DNA of 64,000 nucleotides from IMG/VR virus record IMGVR_UViG_3300021387_001477. The stretch is one strand, 5' to 3'. This document shows, piece by piece, positions 55,456-64,000 of this stretch (positions are counted from its first letter, which is position 1; each line of letters opens with the position of its first letter). The translations under genes were made by a program, and so were the position numbers. This stretch comes from a virus (Duplodnaviria; Heunggongvirae; Uroviricota; Caudoviricetes). The notes beneath the pieces were generated by a model. It searched no databases. It worked only from the letters and a program-made list of their open reading frames with translations, and had not been told where the DNA came from.

Positions 55456-56550
55456 AAAACTGAATTAATAGCAACATTAGCCAATTATTTTTATGGTATT
55501 GGTAAGAAGGTTTTAATTGTTACACCAGGCCAAAAACCGAGACAAGAGGTGGAGAAAAGAATAAAAGAAAGATTTGGTATAGACGTCAAAAATTCTGGTG
55601 GTAGGATTATGTCTATTATAACATCTGGTCTTTTAAAGAGAAATGATATAAAAGACCCTGATCAATTAAAGAAGTTTGAAAATGAGCTTGCTTCCGTTGA
55701 CTGTCTCTTGGTTGATGAGGTTGAGTATACTATAAATGATTCGGGGATGTTTATATATGATAGGGTTATTCATGCAGATCATTTCTATGGATTTTCAGGA
55801 ACTGCCGATAAGAAAAAAGGCGAAATGATATCCTTTGTTAATGGTCTGGATGATTCAATTATACGAAATAAAGACCTTATAAAATACTTCGGCCCGTCTC
55901 TCGTATATAGAATGCCACTTGATCTTAAGGTCGATTATATCCGGGTTAAGACAAGTACATTGAATAGAGTTAAATTTTTACCGGAAGATTTTGCAGATAA
56001 TACTAATGTTTATAATAATGTGATATGCAGAATTTTCACGGATCCAGATGTATGTCGACTTGTTGTGAAGATAGCAAAGAGATATCCAAAAATCTATCTT
56101 CCAATGTATAACTTAACCTCCGTGATTAGTGAGTGGCTTAGCTATTTCTCTGCCGCTAAATTAAGGGTACTTCTCATATGTGGTGAGGGATTTCTTTATT
56201 ATGACGAGAATGGAGTGAAGACTAAACTCAAAGATCTAGCCGAAGCCTGTGAATATGTTAAAAATAATAGGGTAGATGTAATTCCTTCAACGTCAGCCGG
56301 TTTTCGTGCCCTTGATCTCCCTGGACTTGAAACTACACTCCTAACTATTGGAAAGATGGCAGGTGTTGTACTTCAGAGTGTGGGAAGAACGGCAAGAGGA
56401 AGCCATATGAACTTGATTACTCTTGAGCCCTTCCCTAAAAAGAAAATTCCAGTATATACAAGTGGAATGAAGGAAAGGGATGAGATGATTTTGCAATATT
56501 ATAAGTATTGTGATATAGTAGAAAGTGAAATTTTTGATAAGAACTTATGA
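55456..56550 (+). CDS. SF2 DNA helicase exon 2 (motifs Ia, II DEVE, III, VI QSVGRTARG)
   Basis: LLVDEVEY, FSGTA, VLQSVGRTARG; no in-window ATG start, begins right after intron G. Confidence 0.65.
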   Translation, partial: KTELIATLANYFYGIGKKVLIVTPGQKPRQEVEKRIKERFGIDVKNSGGRIMSIITSGLLKRNDIKDPDQLKKFENELASVDCLLVDEVEYTINDSGMFIYDRVIHADHFYGFSGTADKKKGEMISFVNGLDDSIIRNKDLIKYFGPSLVYRMPLDLKVDYIRVKTSTLNRVKFLPEDFADNTNVYNNVICRIFTDPDVCRLVVKIAKRYPKIYLPMYNLTSVISEWLSYFSAAKLRVLLICGEGFLYYDENGVKTKLKDLAEACEYVKNNRVDVIPSTSAGFRALDLPGLETTLLTIGKMAGVVLQSVGRTARGSHMNLITLEPFPKKKIPVYTSGMKERDEMILQYYKYCDIVESEIFDKNL

Positions 56551-56870
56551 AATACAAGAAAGGAGATGTAGTTTATATAGCTCAATTAATACCTGGAAAA
56601 ACATTGAGCAGATTAAATACAAAGATTTTACCAAAGAAGGTAGTTGTACAAGGGCCTTATGATACTGACTGTTATATGCTTTCTTATATTCCAGAGGGAG
56701 AAAAATATACATCCCGTGCATATAATTATGAAGGAAGTCTAATTGTCTCTTCTTCTATAGAGGAATGTATAGAAAAATTTAATGATCAGGTAGATAAGAT
56801 CATTAAGGAAAAGGAAGAGGCATTGGAGAAATGGAAGGAGAAAATGAAAAAATTAAAAATATTACTATGA
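56547..56870 (+). CDS. hypothetical protein
   Basis: 107-aa ORF. Confidence 0.45.
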   Translation: MKYKKGDVVYIAQLIPGKTLSRLNTKILPKKVVVQGPYDTDCYMLSYIPEGEKYTSRAYNYEGSLIVSSSIEECIEKFNDQVDKIIKEKEEALEKWKEKMKKLKILL

Positions 56871-57172
56871 AAAAGAAAGTTTGGATCACGACTCTTGAAT
56901 TAAATAAGGCTGGGAATAGAGTTTTACATAATATTCCACCGACCCTGGCAGAATGCGAAGGGGATAGGTATTGTCGATATACTCCTCTTGAAGGAAAGTA
57001 TAAAGGAAAGACGCTGTCCGAATATTCTTATGTTATAGATAGTTTTGATACTGTCGAAGAGGCGATAGATAATTACAATAATCTTATAAATGATTGTCTG
57101 GAGGAAATTCAGGACAGGAAGGAGGCATTAGAAGAAGCATATAAAAAATTGGAGAGTTTACGAATAAAATAA
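56831..57172 (+). CDS. hypothetical protein
   Basis: 113-aa ORF. Confidence 0.45.
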   Translation: MEGENEKIKNITMKKKVWITTLELNKAGNRVLHNIPPTLAECEGDRYCRYTPLEGKYKGKTLSEYSYVIDSFDTVEEAIDNYNNLINDCLEEIQDRKEALEEAYKKLESLRIK

Positions 57173-57173
57173 A

Positions 57174-57206
57174 AGAGGGATTTAATTTCCCTCTTTCTTC
57201 TTTTTA
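57174..57206 (+). terminator. bidirectional intrinsic terminator (AGAGGGATTTAATTTCCCTCT + T-run)
   Basis: Hairpin between convergent genes. Confidence 0.55.
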
Positions 57207-58615
57207 GTCTCTATTACAAATTTTTTCCAGGTTTTTAAGAAATTATTTGTTTTTATGTCTGTTATTATTTGGTTTCCCTTAAGATATGCTTGTTGAATTC
57301 TTATATCATATGTGAGTTCTACTGTTACATAAGATTTTTCCGGATTAGATTTTCTCCTCATAAAGAATATCATAGTTTCCCCTCTTGATACTCTACTCCA
57401 GTATGAAGCTACACAATTATGTTGCTGCAATGCCTCATCCGTGATATCATTCCGGTTCTCTACAGATCTTATAAAGAACTCATCATCTTCAAAGTTATAT
57501 TTTTTACACTCACTTATGATCTTTAGTGCGTCCAGGTCTTCTCTTTTTCTCCTTTCTTCCTCTAACTTAATTTGATTTTCACGATATAATTCAGCCACCA
57601 TATCATGATTTTGAATAAGATATTCTGGAGACTTATCAAATTTTATACCAAGCTCATCACACATTCTTTTATAATCCATGATCGTGTGAATGCTTATAAA
57701 TATATTACTGCCAAAAGTCTTTTTTAGATATTCTATGCACTTAGTGAACCAGATATATGGAGTTTTTAAATCATTTCCAAAATGCATTATTAGATAATGA
57801 TCTTTACTAAATGCGTCTCCTTTAATATTGAAATATCCTAAGTCTTTTCTCGTAAGTCCAGATTCAGCATACCACTTATATTCCTTCTCTGATATATTGT
57901 GAAGTTGAGAGATAAGACGAAGAAAATGACACCGCTCCAAGTCTGCGTCTTTGAGGTCTGGGAGAGCATAATTGGGAACCTTTAGAATAGACCTTGGATT
58001 TGTTCCCTTCATATTGCACAACCCTCTGATAGTTTTTATATTAAAGTCTTTCCCAGAGTCAATTATATCTTTTGCTAGCTTATATCCAGCTTTATAGAGA
58101 ATTTCTATCTTAGGAAAGCATATTCCAAGGAGCATATTCTGTTTATGCTCTTTAAGAAATTTATAAAGATATGGTTCATGTTCCTTAACCAAGTCCTCCA
58201 AGTCCTTCTTATCTTGGATAAAATCACTTTTTAGTAAGAATTTTTTATAACTCCCAGAAAAACTCGTGGGGGATTTATAACACCATACCTCATAGTCCGA
58301 CCAGCCATCGGGATTGCGGTAATGTTTTGCTATATTAATGCACGTTTCGTTCAGACAAAAGCTTGATTTAGCCTTGTCCCATGATATAGAGAAGCCCCTT
58401 AGCCATAGATTAGTATTGCATTCAAAGTTCTCGGAATATGGATTAATATATAAATTATCGTCGCTGATATAAAACTCCCCCACTCTTGGGGTTTTCCCCT
58501 TTCCTCTTGTATACTTCTGGAGACTATAGTTGTCTTTAAAGACCCTAATTTTTGATAAATCTATGTCCTCAGATACACTTGCTGTAACATCAAGTTTATA
58601 TTTTCTCACGCTCAT
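57182..58615 (-). CDS. hypothetical protein, paralog A (C-terminal domain possibly PcfJ-like)
   Basis: C-terminus HNCVASYWSRVSRGETMIFFMRRKSNPEKSYVTVE shared with next gene. Confidence 0.45.
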   Translation of the reverse strand: MSVRKYKLDVTASVSEDIDLSKIRVFKDNYSLQKYTRGKGKTPRVGEFYISDDNLYINPYSENFECNTNLWLRGFSISWDKAKSSFCLNETCINIAKHYRNPDGWSDYEVWCYKSPTSFSGSYKKFLLKSDFIQDKKDLEDLVKEHEPYLYKFLKEHKQNMLLGICFPKIEILYKAGYKLAKDIIDSGKDFNIKTIRGLCNMKGTNPRSILKVPNYALPDLKDADLERCHFLRLISQLHNISEKEYKWYAESGLTRKDLGYFNIKGDAFSKDHYLIMHFGNDLKTPYIWFTKCIEYLKKTFGSNIFISIHTIMDYKRMCDELGIKFDKSPEYLIQNHDMVAELYRENQIKLEEERRKREDLDALKIISECKKYNFEDDEFFIRSVENRNDITDEALQQHNCVASYWSRVSRGETMIFFMRRKSNPEKSYVTVELTYDIRIQQAYLKGNQIITDIKTNNFLKTWKKFVIETKKKKEGN

Positions 58616-60038
58616 ATCTCTCTATCTTTCTTTCAATTTTATCCCGATAGTTTATATAGCATTTCCACTCTTTAAGGAAATCTTGCGCAGGTTTGTTGTC
58701 TATTGATCTATTCCCGTGCATTAAGGCCTGGCGGATAGAGCCGGACTGATATTCTATGGTTATATATGATTTCTCAGGGGCAGTTATTTTTCGCATAAAG
58801 AAAATCATAGTCTCTCCCCTTGATACTCTATTCCAATATGAAGCTACACAGTTACTTTGTTGCTGCCCTTCATCTATGATATCCGGCTGACTTCTTACAC
58901 AACGGATGAAGAAATCACAGCCATCATACTCATACCTCTTCATGGCATCAATCCTGGCCTTAGCCTTCCTGTCCTCTTCGATCTTCATGTTATTTCTCTT
59001 TATTTCTGACACTCTTGTATGCTCTTCCCAGAAATATTTCGGATTTTCACCAACTTTGACATTGAGGTTATCACAGTCCTTGAGATAGTCTGCCAGTTGT
59101 CTATGCATTGTTGAGAGGTTATCTATACCGTGTGATTTAAAATCAATCTTAGAGAAGTACTTAAAATACCATAGATAAGGAGTTTTAGTTACTCTTCTCA
59201 TAGCGGTATAGAAATTTTGAGATTCATTTTGGTTATCTCCTCCATCGGGATTCCAGAATTCCTGTATCACCGGAGTAACTTTTAGTCCCAAGTCCCATAT
59301 ATAATTTACCTCAGCCTCTTGGATTCGATAATATCTAGTTAATGTTCGATATTTATATACTTCCTCCAATGGTAAAGATTTTATTTTCTTTAGTGCATAG
59401 TATGGAAGATCTATTATGGTTCTGGGGCTAGTTCCTTTTCCTTTAGATCCACTACATAATCCCCTCACTTCTTTTATTCTGAAATCATCACCTTCCACTA
59501 TTCTTTCGGCAAATTTATATCCTGCCTTATAAAGAATCTCCACCTTAGAAAATAGAAGTGCTTTTCTGAGATCAAAATTATTATCTACACAGAATTGATA
59601 GAGATATGGACTAATACTCTTAACCATATCACCAAGGACCTCATTACTTTGAAGACACGTAAAAGGTTCAAGCTCAGACCATAAGAAATTTCCGTTTCCA
59701 AAGGATAAGTATGTCGGAGCTTTCATTATATCAACGGAGTAATAATATTCTGTTCCTTCCTTGTGTTTAGATATCTTATAGAATAGCCTATTAATACTTC
59801 CGTCTTTGGATATAAGATACTGTCTCGGCGCTTGTTCTAAATCTGACAACGAGTCGTAAAATTCCTTCTCATCCTTCACTGAAATACAGCCATCTTTTAT
59901 TTTTCCTGGCTTATATTTACCACCCGAATAGATCACTAAGATGTCTTCTAGAAGTAAGTCTAAGGAAATATCTTTAGCACCTGGAATTTTTTCTAGAGCT
60001 TTATTAGTAAAATTTAATTTTATTTTTGCATCTATCAT
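58596..60038 (-). CDS. hypothetical protein, paralog B (C-terminal domain possibly PcfJ-like)
   Basis: C-terminus SNCVASYWNRVSRGETMIFFMRKITAPEKSYITIE; also shared internal KAGYK.A..I blocks. Confidence 0.45.
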   Translation of the reverse strand: MIDAKIKLNFTNKALEKIPGAKDISLDLLLEDILVIYSGGKYKPGKIKDGCISVKDEKEFYDSLSDLEQAPRQYLISKDGSINRLFYKISKHKEGTEYYYSVDIMKAPTYLSFGNGNFLWSELEPFTCLQSNEVLGDMVKSISPYLYQFCVDNNFDLRKALLFSKVEILYKAGYKFAERIVEGDDFRIKEVRGLCSGSKGKGTSPRTIIDLPYYALKKIKSLPLEEVYKYRTLTRYYRIQEAEVNYIWDLGLKVTPVIQEFWNPDGGDNQNESQNFYTAMRRVTKTPYLWYFKYFSKIDFKSHGIDNLSTMHRQLADYLKDCDNLNVKVGENPKYFWEEHTRVSEIKRNNMKIEEDRKAKARIDAMKRYEYDGCDFFIRCVRSQPDIIDEGQQQSNCVASYWNRVSRGETMIFFMRKITAPEKSYITIEYQSGSIRQALMHGNRSIDNKPAQDFLKEWKCYINYRDKIERKIERYEREKI

Positions 60039-60058
60039 ATCAAGTATAAGGAAAATAA

Positions 60059-60090
60059 AGAGGGAAATTAAATCCCTCTTAATATTTTTT
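60059..60090 (+). terminator. intrinsic terminator hairpin AAGAGGGAAATTAAATCCCTCTT + T-run
   Basis: Perfect hairpin between 60038 and 60068 gene ends. Confidence 0.5.
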
Positions 60091-62212
60091 CAGAATTTTT
60101 GAGAACATCAAGCTCTCCTCTACGTTCTTCCAAGTACGAAGATTTGAAATCCCCAAACTTATCTAAGTAGTCTTTGAACATCTCTTTTTCCATTTCTCCA
60201 TGTTCTCCAATCCATAAAGCACACTCGGCAATGAGTTTTTTATTCTTTTCTAGAACTTTAACTACCTCTTTACCTAAGTCATCGAGTTCTTTCTTTATGA
60301 GATTCTGGAGTTCTTTGTCCTCTAGGCCATCAGGAACACCACGTCCTGCTTGGATTTGATAGTTACTGTAAAGGCTTGGTGCGAAATATCCCGAATAATA
60401 GGCTACATCACTAAAGCTGTACCATACTCCCTCTAAGTCAGACCCAGAACCAAGGAGATTTAATCTAGGTGTATCGCCGAACATAACTTTTTCAGCATAA
60501 TACCCACCAAGACCTATCATAATATCATTTCTAATGTCTTCCTTGGTGGGTATTTCTCCAGTCCGATCTGAATCATAAGTAATACAGAATCCACCACCCT
60601 CTGCAGCTACACCAACAATTTTATCTGGTAATTTTCCAGTACACCAGGCCATCATAATTGCGTGCCCAGTTTCATGAACCCCATTTATAAATCTCGTCTT
60701 TATCCGTTTTGGAGATCGTAATTCACCAAGTTCAAGATGTATATTCTTCTCAATACACTCCTCTTTCTCATCTCCCTTTATTAGAAGAGTCGCATCAGGA
60801 ACTTTATATGTACTCCCTTCTGGTGACTTTACATCAATTATAATATCTTTACTATTCTTAAAGTGAAGTAAGATATCTGAGAATATAGGAGATAAGATGG
60901 TACCTATTGTTGTAAAAACTGGTCTAACACCTTGAACTGGAAATACAGACTCAAAATAGAGAAGATCATACATTCTATCACTCAGACTTACCTTTTTCTC
61001 AGAAATAGTCTCAAAACTGGTGCATAATCTCTCTACCTCTTTCCTAATTATTTTCTGGAAATGTTCTTTCTTGAGAGTAGGATATTTTATGAGGGAATTT
61101 CCAAATCTAGCTATTTGTTCTGCTCTAAATCTCTTCTTTAGTGCATTTTTGATATCTGATATGGTAACCTTTGACGTCTCATCATAAAATATATCTGCAT
61201 CTACGTCAGGATTTAAATCTCCCTCAACCTTAAAGGCTTCATCAAGATTTCCGACGATGAATACTAAAGCCTTCGAGCAATCAAGATATCTCGGTGCCAT
61301 AATCATAGTCTCATATTCCTGGAGTTTGTCAGAAAATTCTCTGGTAGTTGTACAGGAGTTTAGTTCGGCTACAATTTGTGATGCCTTATGGTCGGGAGAT
61401 ATCATTCCTAGTCTTCTGATAATGAATCGAAGTACATAGTCCTCAAGAATACTCAGAGGGCTTAATCTCTCTTCCTCAGTCATTTCTGCCTCATCAGATA
61501 CTCCAATGTATTTATTTCTTGGTTTCATTACATCTGGAACACCGCGATTATAATAGAAATATCCTAGAACACTGAGAGTCTTCTTTACGTCTTCAGGATC
61601 TTCTATTACCATGTTGTTTATCTTGATCTCAGGATATGTCTTAGCTAGTCCTGCAAAATCTTCAATAAAGTTTGTAGTTGAGGAAAGCTCATAGGTATTG
61701 TCGTTTATATCAAGGATTCCATTATCTATCATACTCCAGATTGGGCGAAGATTTGGTTTATCTACTTCACACCCTCCCTCATCTAAAGTTCTGGCGTATT
61801 GGAATTCATCAAGAATAAAGACAAGATCCTGAGAAAATTTATCTACGTTCTTCTCCGCTTCTTCTGTGCTAAGAAGATCACAAATTTTTCTGGATATTCC
61901 ACTAGAGGCTGCCGAATTATTTTCTAATCCACAGTCATAAAATAGACTTTTCCCAGACAGTCCAAGTTGTTCTACCAGTTCCCTAATTACGCTGGATTTC
62001 CCTGTTCCTGTCATTCCCCATAAAGAGATAACAACAGGTCTTTCGATAATTTCGGGGGTTACATACCAAGGAGTTATAGAAGAAATGATTTGATCGATGA
62101 TATTATCAAGGCCGACAAATTTTTCCTTTAGCCCGGCCCTGATTGTCTCAAGTCTTTGTATTCTTTCCTCCCTGTTTTTAGGTTTGTTATATTTATCTAC
62201 CATATTAAACAA
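60068..62212 (-). CDS. FtsH-like ATP-dependent zinc metalloprotease homolog without membrane anchor (divergent P-loop NTPase + M41-like peptidase)
   Basis: Walker A GMTGTGKSS; Walker B-like FILDEFQ; VHETGHAIM zinc motif followed by GGYYAEKVMFG...GSGSDLEGV resembling FtsH HEAGHA...GGRAAEE...GASND. Confidence 0.55.
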   Translation of the reverse strand: MFNMVDKYNKPKNREERIQRLETIRAGLKEKFVGLDNIIDQIISSITPWYVTPEIIERPVVISLWGMTGTGKSSVIRELVEQLGLSGKSLFYDCGLENNSAASSGISRKICDLLSTEEAEKNVDKFSQDLVFILDEFQYARTLDEGGCEVDKPNLRPIWSMIDNGILDINDNTYELSSTTNFIEDFAGLAKTYPEIKINNMVIEDPEDVKKTLSVLGYFYYNRGVPDVMKPRNKYIGVSDEAEMTEEERLSPLSILEDYVLRFIIRRLGMISPDHKASQIVAELNSCTTTREFSDKLQEYETMIMAPRYLDCSKALVFIVGNLDEAFKVEGDLNPDVDADIFYDETSKVTISDIKNALKKRFRAEQIARFGNSLIKYPTLKKEHFQKIIRKEVERLCTSFETISEKKVSLSDRMYDLLYFESVFPVQGVRPVFTTIGTILSPIFSDILLHFKNSKDIIIDVKSPEGSTYKVPDATLLIKGDEKEECIEKNIHLELGELRSPKRIKTRFINGVHETGHAIMMAWCTGKLPDKIVGVAAEGGGFCITYDSDRTGEIPTKEDIRNDIMIGLGGYYAEKVMFGDTPRLNLLGSGSDLEGVWYSFSDVAYYSGYFAPSLYSNYQIQAGRGVPDGLEDKELQNLIKKELDDLGKEVVKVLEKNKKLIAECALWIGEHGEMEKEMFKDYLDKFGDFKSSYLEERRGELDVLKNSEKILRGI

Positions 62213-62625
62213 GTATTGATGTACTCAAATGTTAATTCTTTTGCTTTATCTGGTCCGAAAGTTCCTAAGAAAAATGTTGCAACTCTTAACAGTTCTTCTA
62301 TTACAGAGTTTTCAATTTTCTTTTGATAAGCCAGAATGAGTGTGGTATCTGAATATTTTATAGGTTTCATAATATCCTCCGCGGCTGATTTTACAACTTC
62401 GAAGATTTCCCATAATAGATTATATCCAAGAGCATTATCAGTTGTATACGAAATTATTGTAAATTCCTTATCACCATATACTCTTTTTGTAAATACCATC
62501 CCCTTTTCTGCTTCAAACTCTTCCGGACTTCCAATTAAATTTAATGGATCTAGTTTTCCAAGTATTTCCCCAGAAGAATATTTATCCATCTCGGGTTTAA
62601 CTTTTAATATTATTCCTTTAACCAT
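62197..62625 (-). CDS. hypothetical protein (start may be internal: tracked start overlaps promoter core)
   Basis: 142-aa ORF; CATATATAAG at 62623-62632. Confidence 0.45.
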   Translation of the reverse strand: MVKGIILKVKPEMDKYSSGEILGKLDPLNLIGSPEEFEAEKGMVFTKRVYGDKEFTIISYTTDNALGYNLLWEIFEVVKSAAEDIMKPIKYSDTTLILAYQKKIENSVIEELLRVATFFLGTFGPDKAKELTFEYINTCLIW

Positions 62626-62641
62626 AAATCATATATAAGAA

Positions 62642-62653
62642 CTTAAAACCTTT
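62642..62653 (+). promoter_or_regulatory. promoter variant CCTTTATATGTG (plus) paired divergently with minus promoter at 62623-62632
   Basis: 8 nt upstream of ATG 62661. Confidence 0.4.
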
Positions 62654-62660
62654 ATATGTG

Positions 62661-64000
62661 ATGAAAAATGTACAAAAAATAGCGATAAAGAGAGGAAAAG
62701 TGTTTGTATCATTAAAAATCCCAGAGAAATTATCCGGAAAGCGACTTGATCTATATAAAAGGCTTCCAAAGAATACATGGGATTTTTGTGAATACTTAAG
62801 TTTGGAAGACCTTGAGGACCTTTTGCAGAATCCCCCTAAAGGACCTATAGATGGAACTATCCGGGAGGAAGATCTTAAGTATATTTTTGAAGATCTTTTA
62901 CGATTCTCAAGGTGTAATATGTCTGATGAAGAGGATATTATCTGGTTTCTTGAGAATTATCCTGATATTGAGATTAGGGAAAATATAATATCCTCACATA
63001 GGGTAAGATCATTAATATTCAAATATAGACCATCCCTGAAGATAGAAAATATAACAGATCTTCTCAGGTTTGGGATATATATGATAGGAGGAAATCCTGA
63101 CTTGCCTCACATAGAAAAGACGGTAATGGTAACAAGTGCATATGGAGAGACTGAAGAAATAGACAACCCTGAATATAAGTCCTTTCATAGTATATCAAGA
63201 GATTCTAGAAGAGATGTACTTTCCAGGATTGAGTCTTGGGGCGATAAATTATTTAGTCAATCTGTTTTATCTGAGATTAAAGAGTATCATCCAGCATGGA
63301 GGATATTTGTTAATAGATATCATCCTCGGGACTTTAAATCTCAGTTTCCACATGTATATAAACTATCTACTATCATTCTCAAAAAGAAATTTGATTCCGT
63401 AGAGACTTGGAGTTCTACATTAAATAATATTCAACGGGCCTGCGGAAAAGGGATAGAGTATGCAAAATTTATGTCATCAAGGCCGAAGGAGTTTCTTAAA
63501 AATTTAAAAGATTTATTAAGGTCTGATCTTGATGTCTTTGTAAAAACTGATATCGTAGATCTTATTTGGAACCTCAGAGGGGTAGATAATGTCAGTCTAT
63601 TTGAGTGTATGAATGACTTTGATAGGCTCTCCGCTGATGTCTTCATGAAGAATAAGACAGTAATAGATCCGGAGATTCTACAAATGGTACGTGATGCTCT
63701 GGGAGTTAAATTAAGAAATAATATTCGAGAAACCGTGGCTGGAGATAGATTTAAGAATAAGAAGGTATTTATTCCAGAAATACTCAGGAAAATGCCCATT
63801 GAAAAGACAGTATATTCCCCACGACCGACTATTAGGGTTGATGGTATAGAGAAAAGTACAGCCTTTGAAATAACCGGGAGCGATAATATAATTATAGATG
63901 GGGTTATGGGTGAATTACATCCTCATCAAATACTTGGAAAACATTTTTATGGAAATTTTATTAATACTTCGAAAGAGCTTGATAAAATATTCATTAGGTC
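62661..64000 (+). CDS. hypothetical large protein, 5' part; ORF runs off window end
   Basis: Hand translation MKNVQKIAIKRGKVFVSLKIPEKLSGKRLDLYKRLPKNTWDFCEYLS... with no in-frame stop to position 64000. Confidence 0.5.
   Translation, partial: MKNVQKIAIKRGKVFVSLKIPEKLSGKRLDLYKRLPKNTWDFCEYLSLEDLEDLLQNPPKGPIDGTIREEDLKYIFEDLLRFSRCNMSDEEDIIWFLENYPDIEIRENIISSHRVRSLIFKYRPSLKIENITDLLRFGIYMIGGNPDLPHIEKTVMVTSAYGETEEIDNPEYKSFHSISRDSRRDVLSRIESWGDKLFSQSVLSEIKEYHPAWRIFVNRYHPRDFKSQFPHVYKLSTIILKKKFDSVETWSSTLNNIQRACGKGIEYAKFMSSRPKEFLKNLKDLLRSDLDVFVKTDIVDLIWNLRGVDNVSLFECMNDFDRLSADVFMKNKTVIDPEILQMVRDALGVKLRNNIRETVAGDRFKNKKVFIPEILRKMPIEKTVYSPRPTIRVDGIEKSTAFEITGSDNIIIDGVMGELHPHQILGKHFYGNFINTSKELDKIFIR

Overview
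AT-rich, gene-dense segment of a large virulent dsDNA phage genome. It has a T4-like replication module (split type II topoisomerase, family A DNA polymerase, SF2 helicases, a 14-gene tRNA set) and more than 75 ORFs that are intact under the standard code. Leaders are short and AT-rich with no Shine-Dalgarno sequence, and start codons sit 8-40 nt after a conserved promoter. Hairpin/T-run terminators carry AATT loops. Together these suggest a Bacteroidetes-type host (inference).

The main result is an extreme load of self-splicing group I introns, at least 15 by my count, recognised by their R/S core elements (GTAGAGACTAGA ... GATATAGTCC). They split:
- the topoisomerase II large subunit into 3 exons, the first intron carrying an HNH homing endonuclease;
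- the DNA polymerase A gene into at least 6 coding pieces, including a ~20-nt micro-exon that holds polymerase motif B between two tandem introns;
- an SF2 helicase exactly inside its Walker A motif;
- five tRNA genes. Met and Arg are interrupted in the anticodon loop. Pro is interrupted in the T-loop. Leu(UAA) carries both the classical U34/A35 intron and a second T-loop intron.

A distinct ~255-nt ORF-less intron family is present in 6 near-identical copies. Other points:
- a 163-aa mini-intein in a GuaC/IMPDH-like gene;
- three HNH and two PD-(D/E)xK nucleases;
- a possible CUA-anticodon (amber-suppressor-like) tRNA, although TAG is used as a stop in this window;
- a strongly conserved promoter (TTTTCCGTCTATAA - N - CCTTATATATG), often back-to-back with terminators;
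- accessory modules: an NfeD - SPFH/flotillin operon, a PncA-PncB nicotinamide-salvage operon (candidate NAD-reconstitution anti-defence route), a TM-less FtsH-like protease next to two tandem paralogs, and metallophosphoesterases;
- two promoter-to-terminator units without ORFs (sRNA candidates) and a 760-bp GC-richer noncoding region.

No rRNA, CRISPR array, integrase or transposase was seen. Many coordinates of intron/exon junctions are approximate and are flagged as such.
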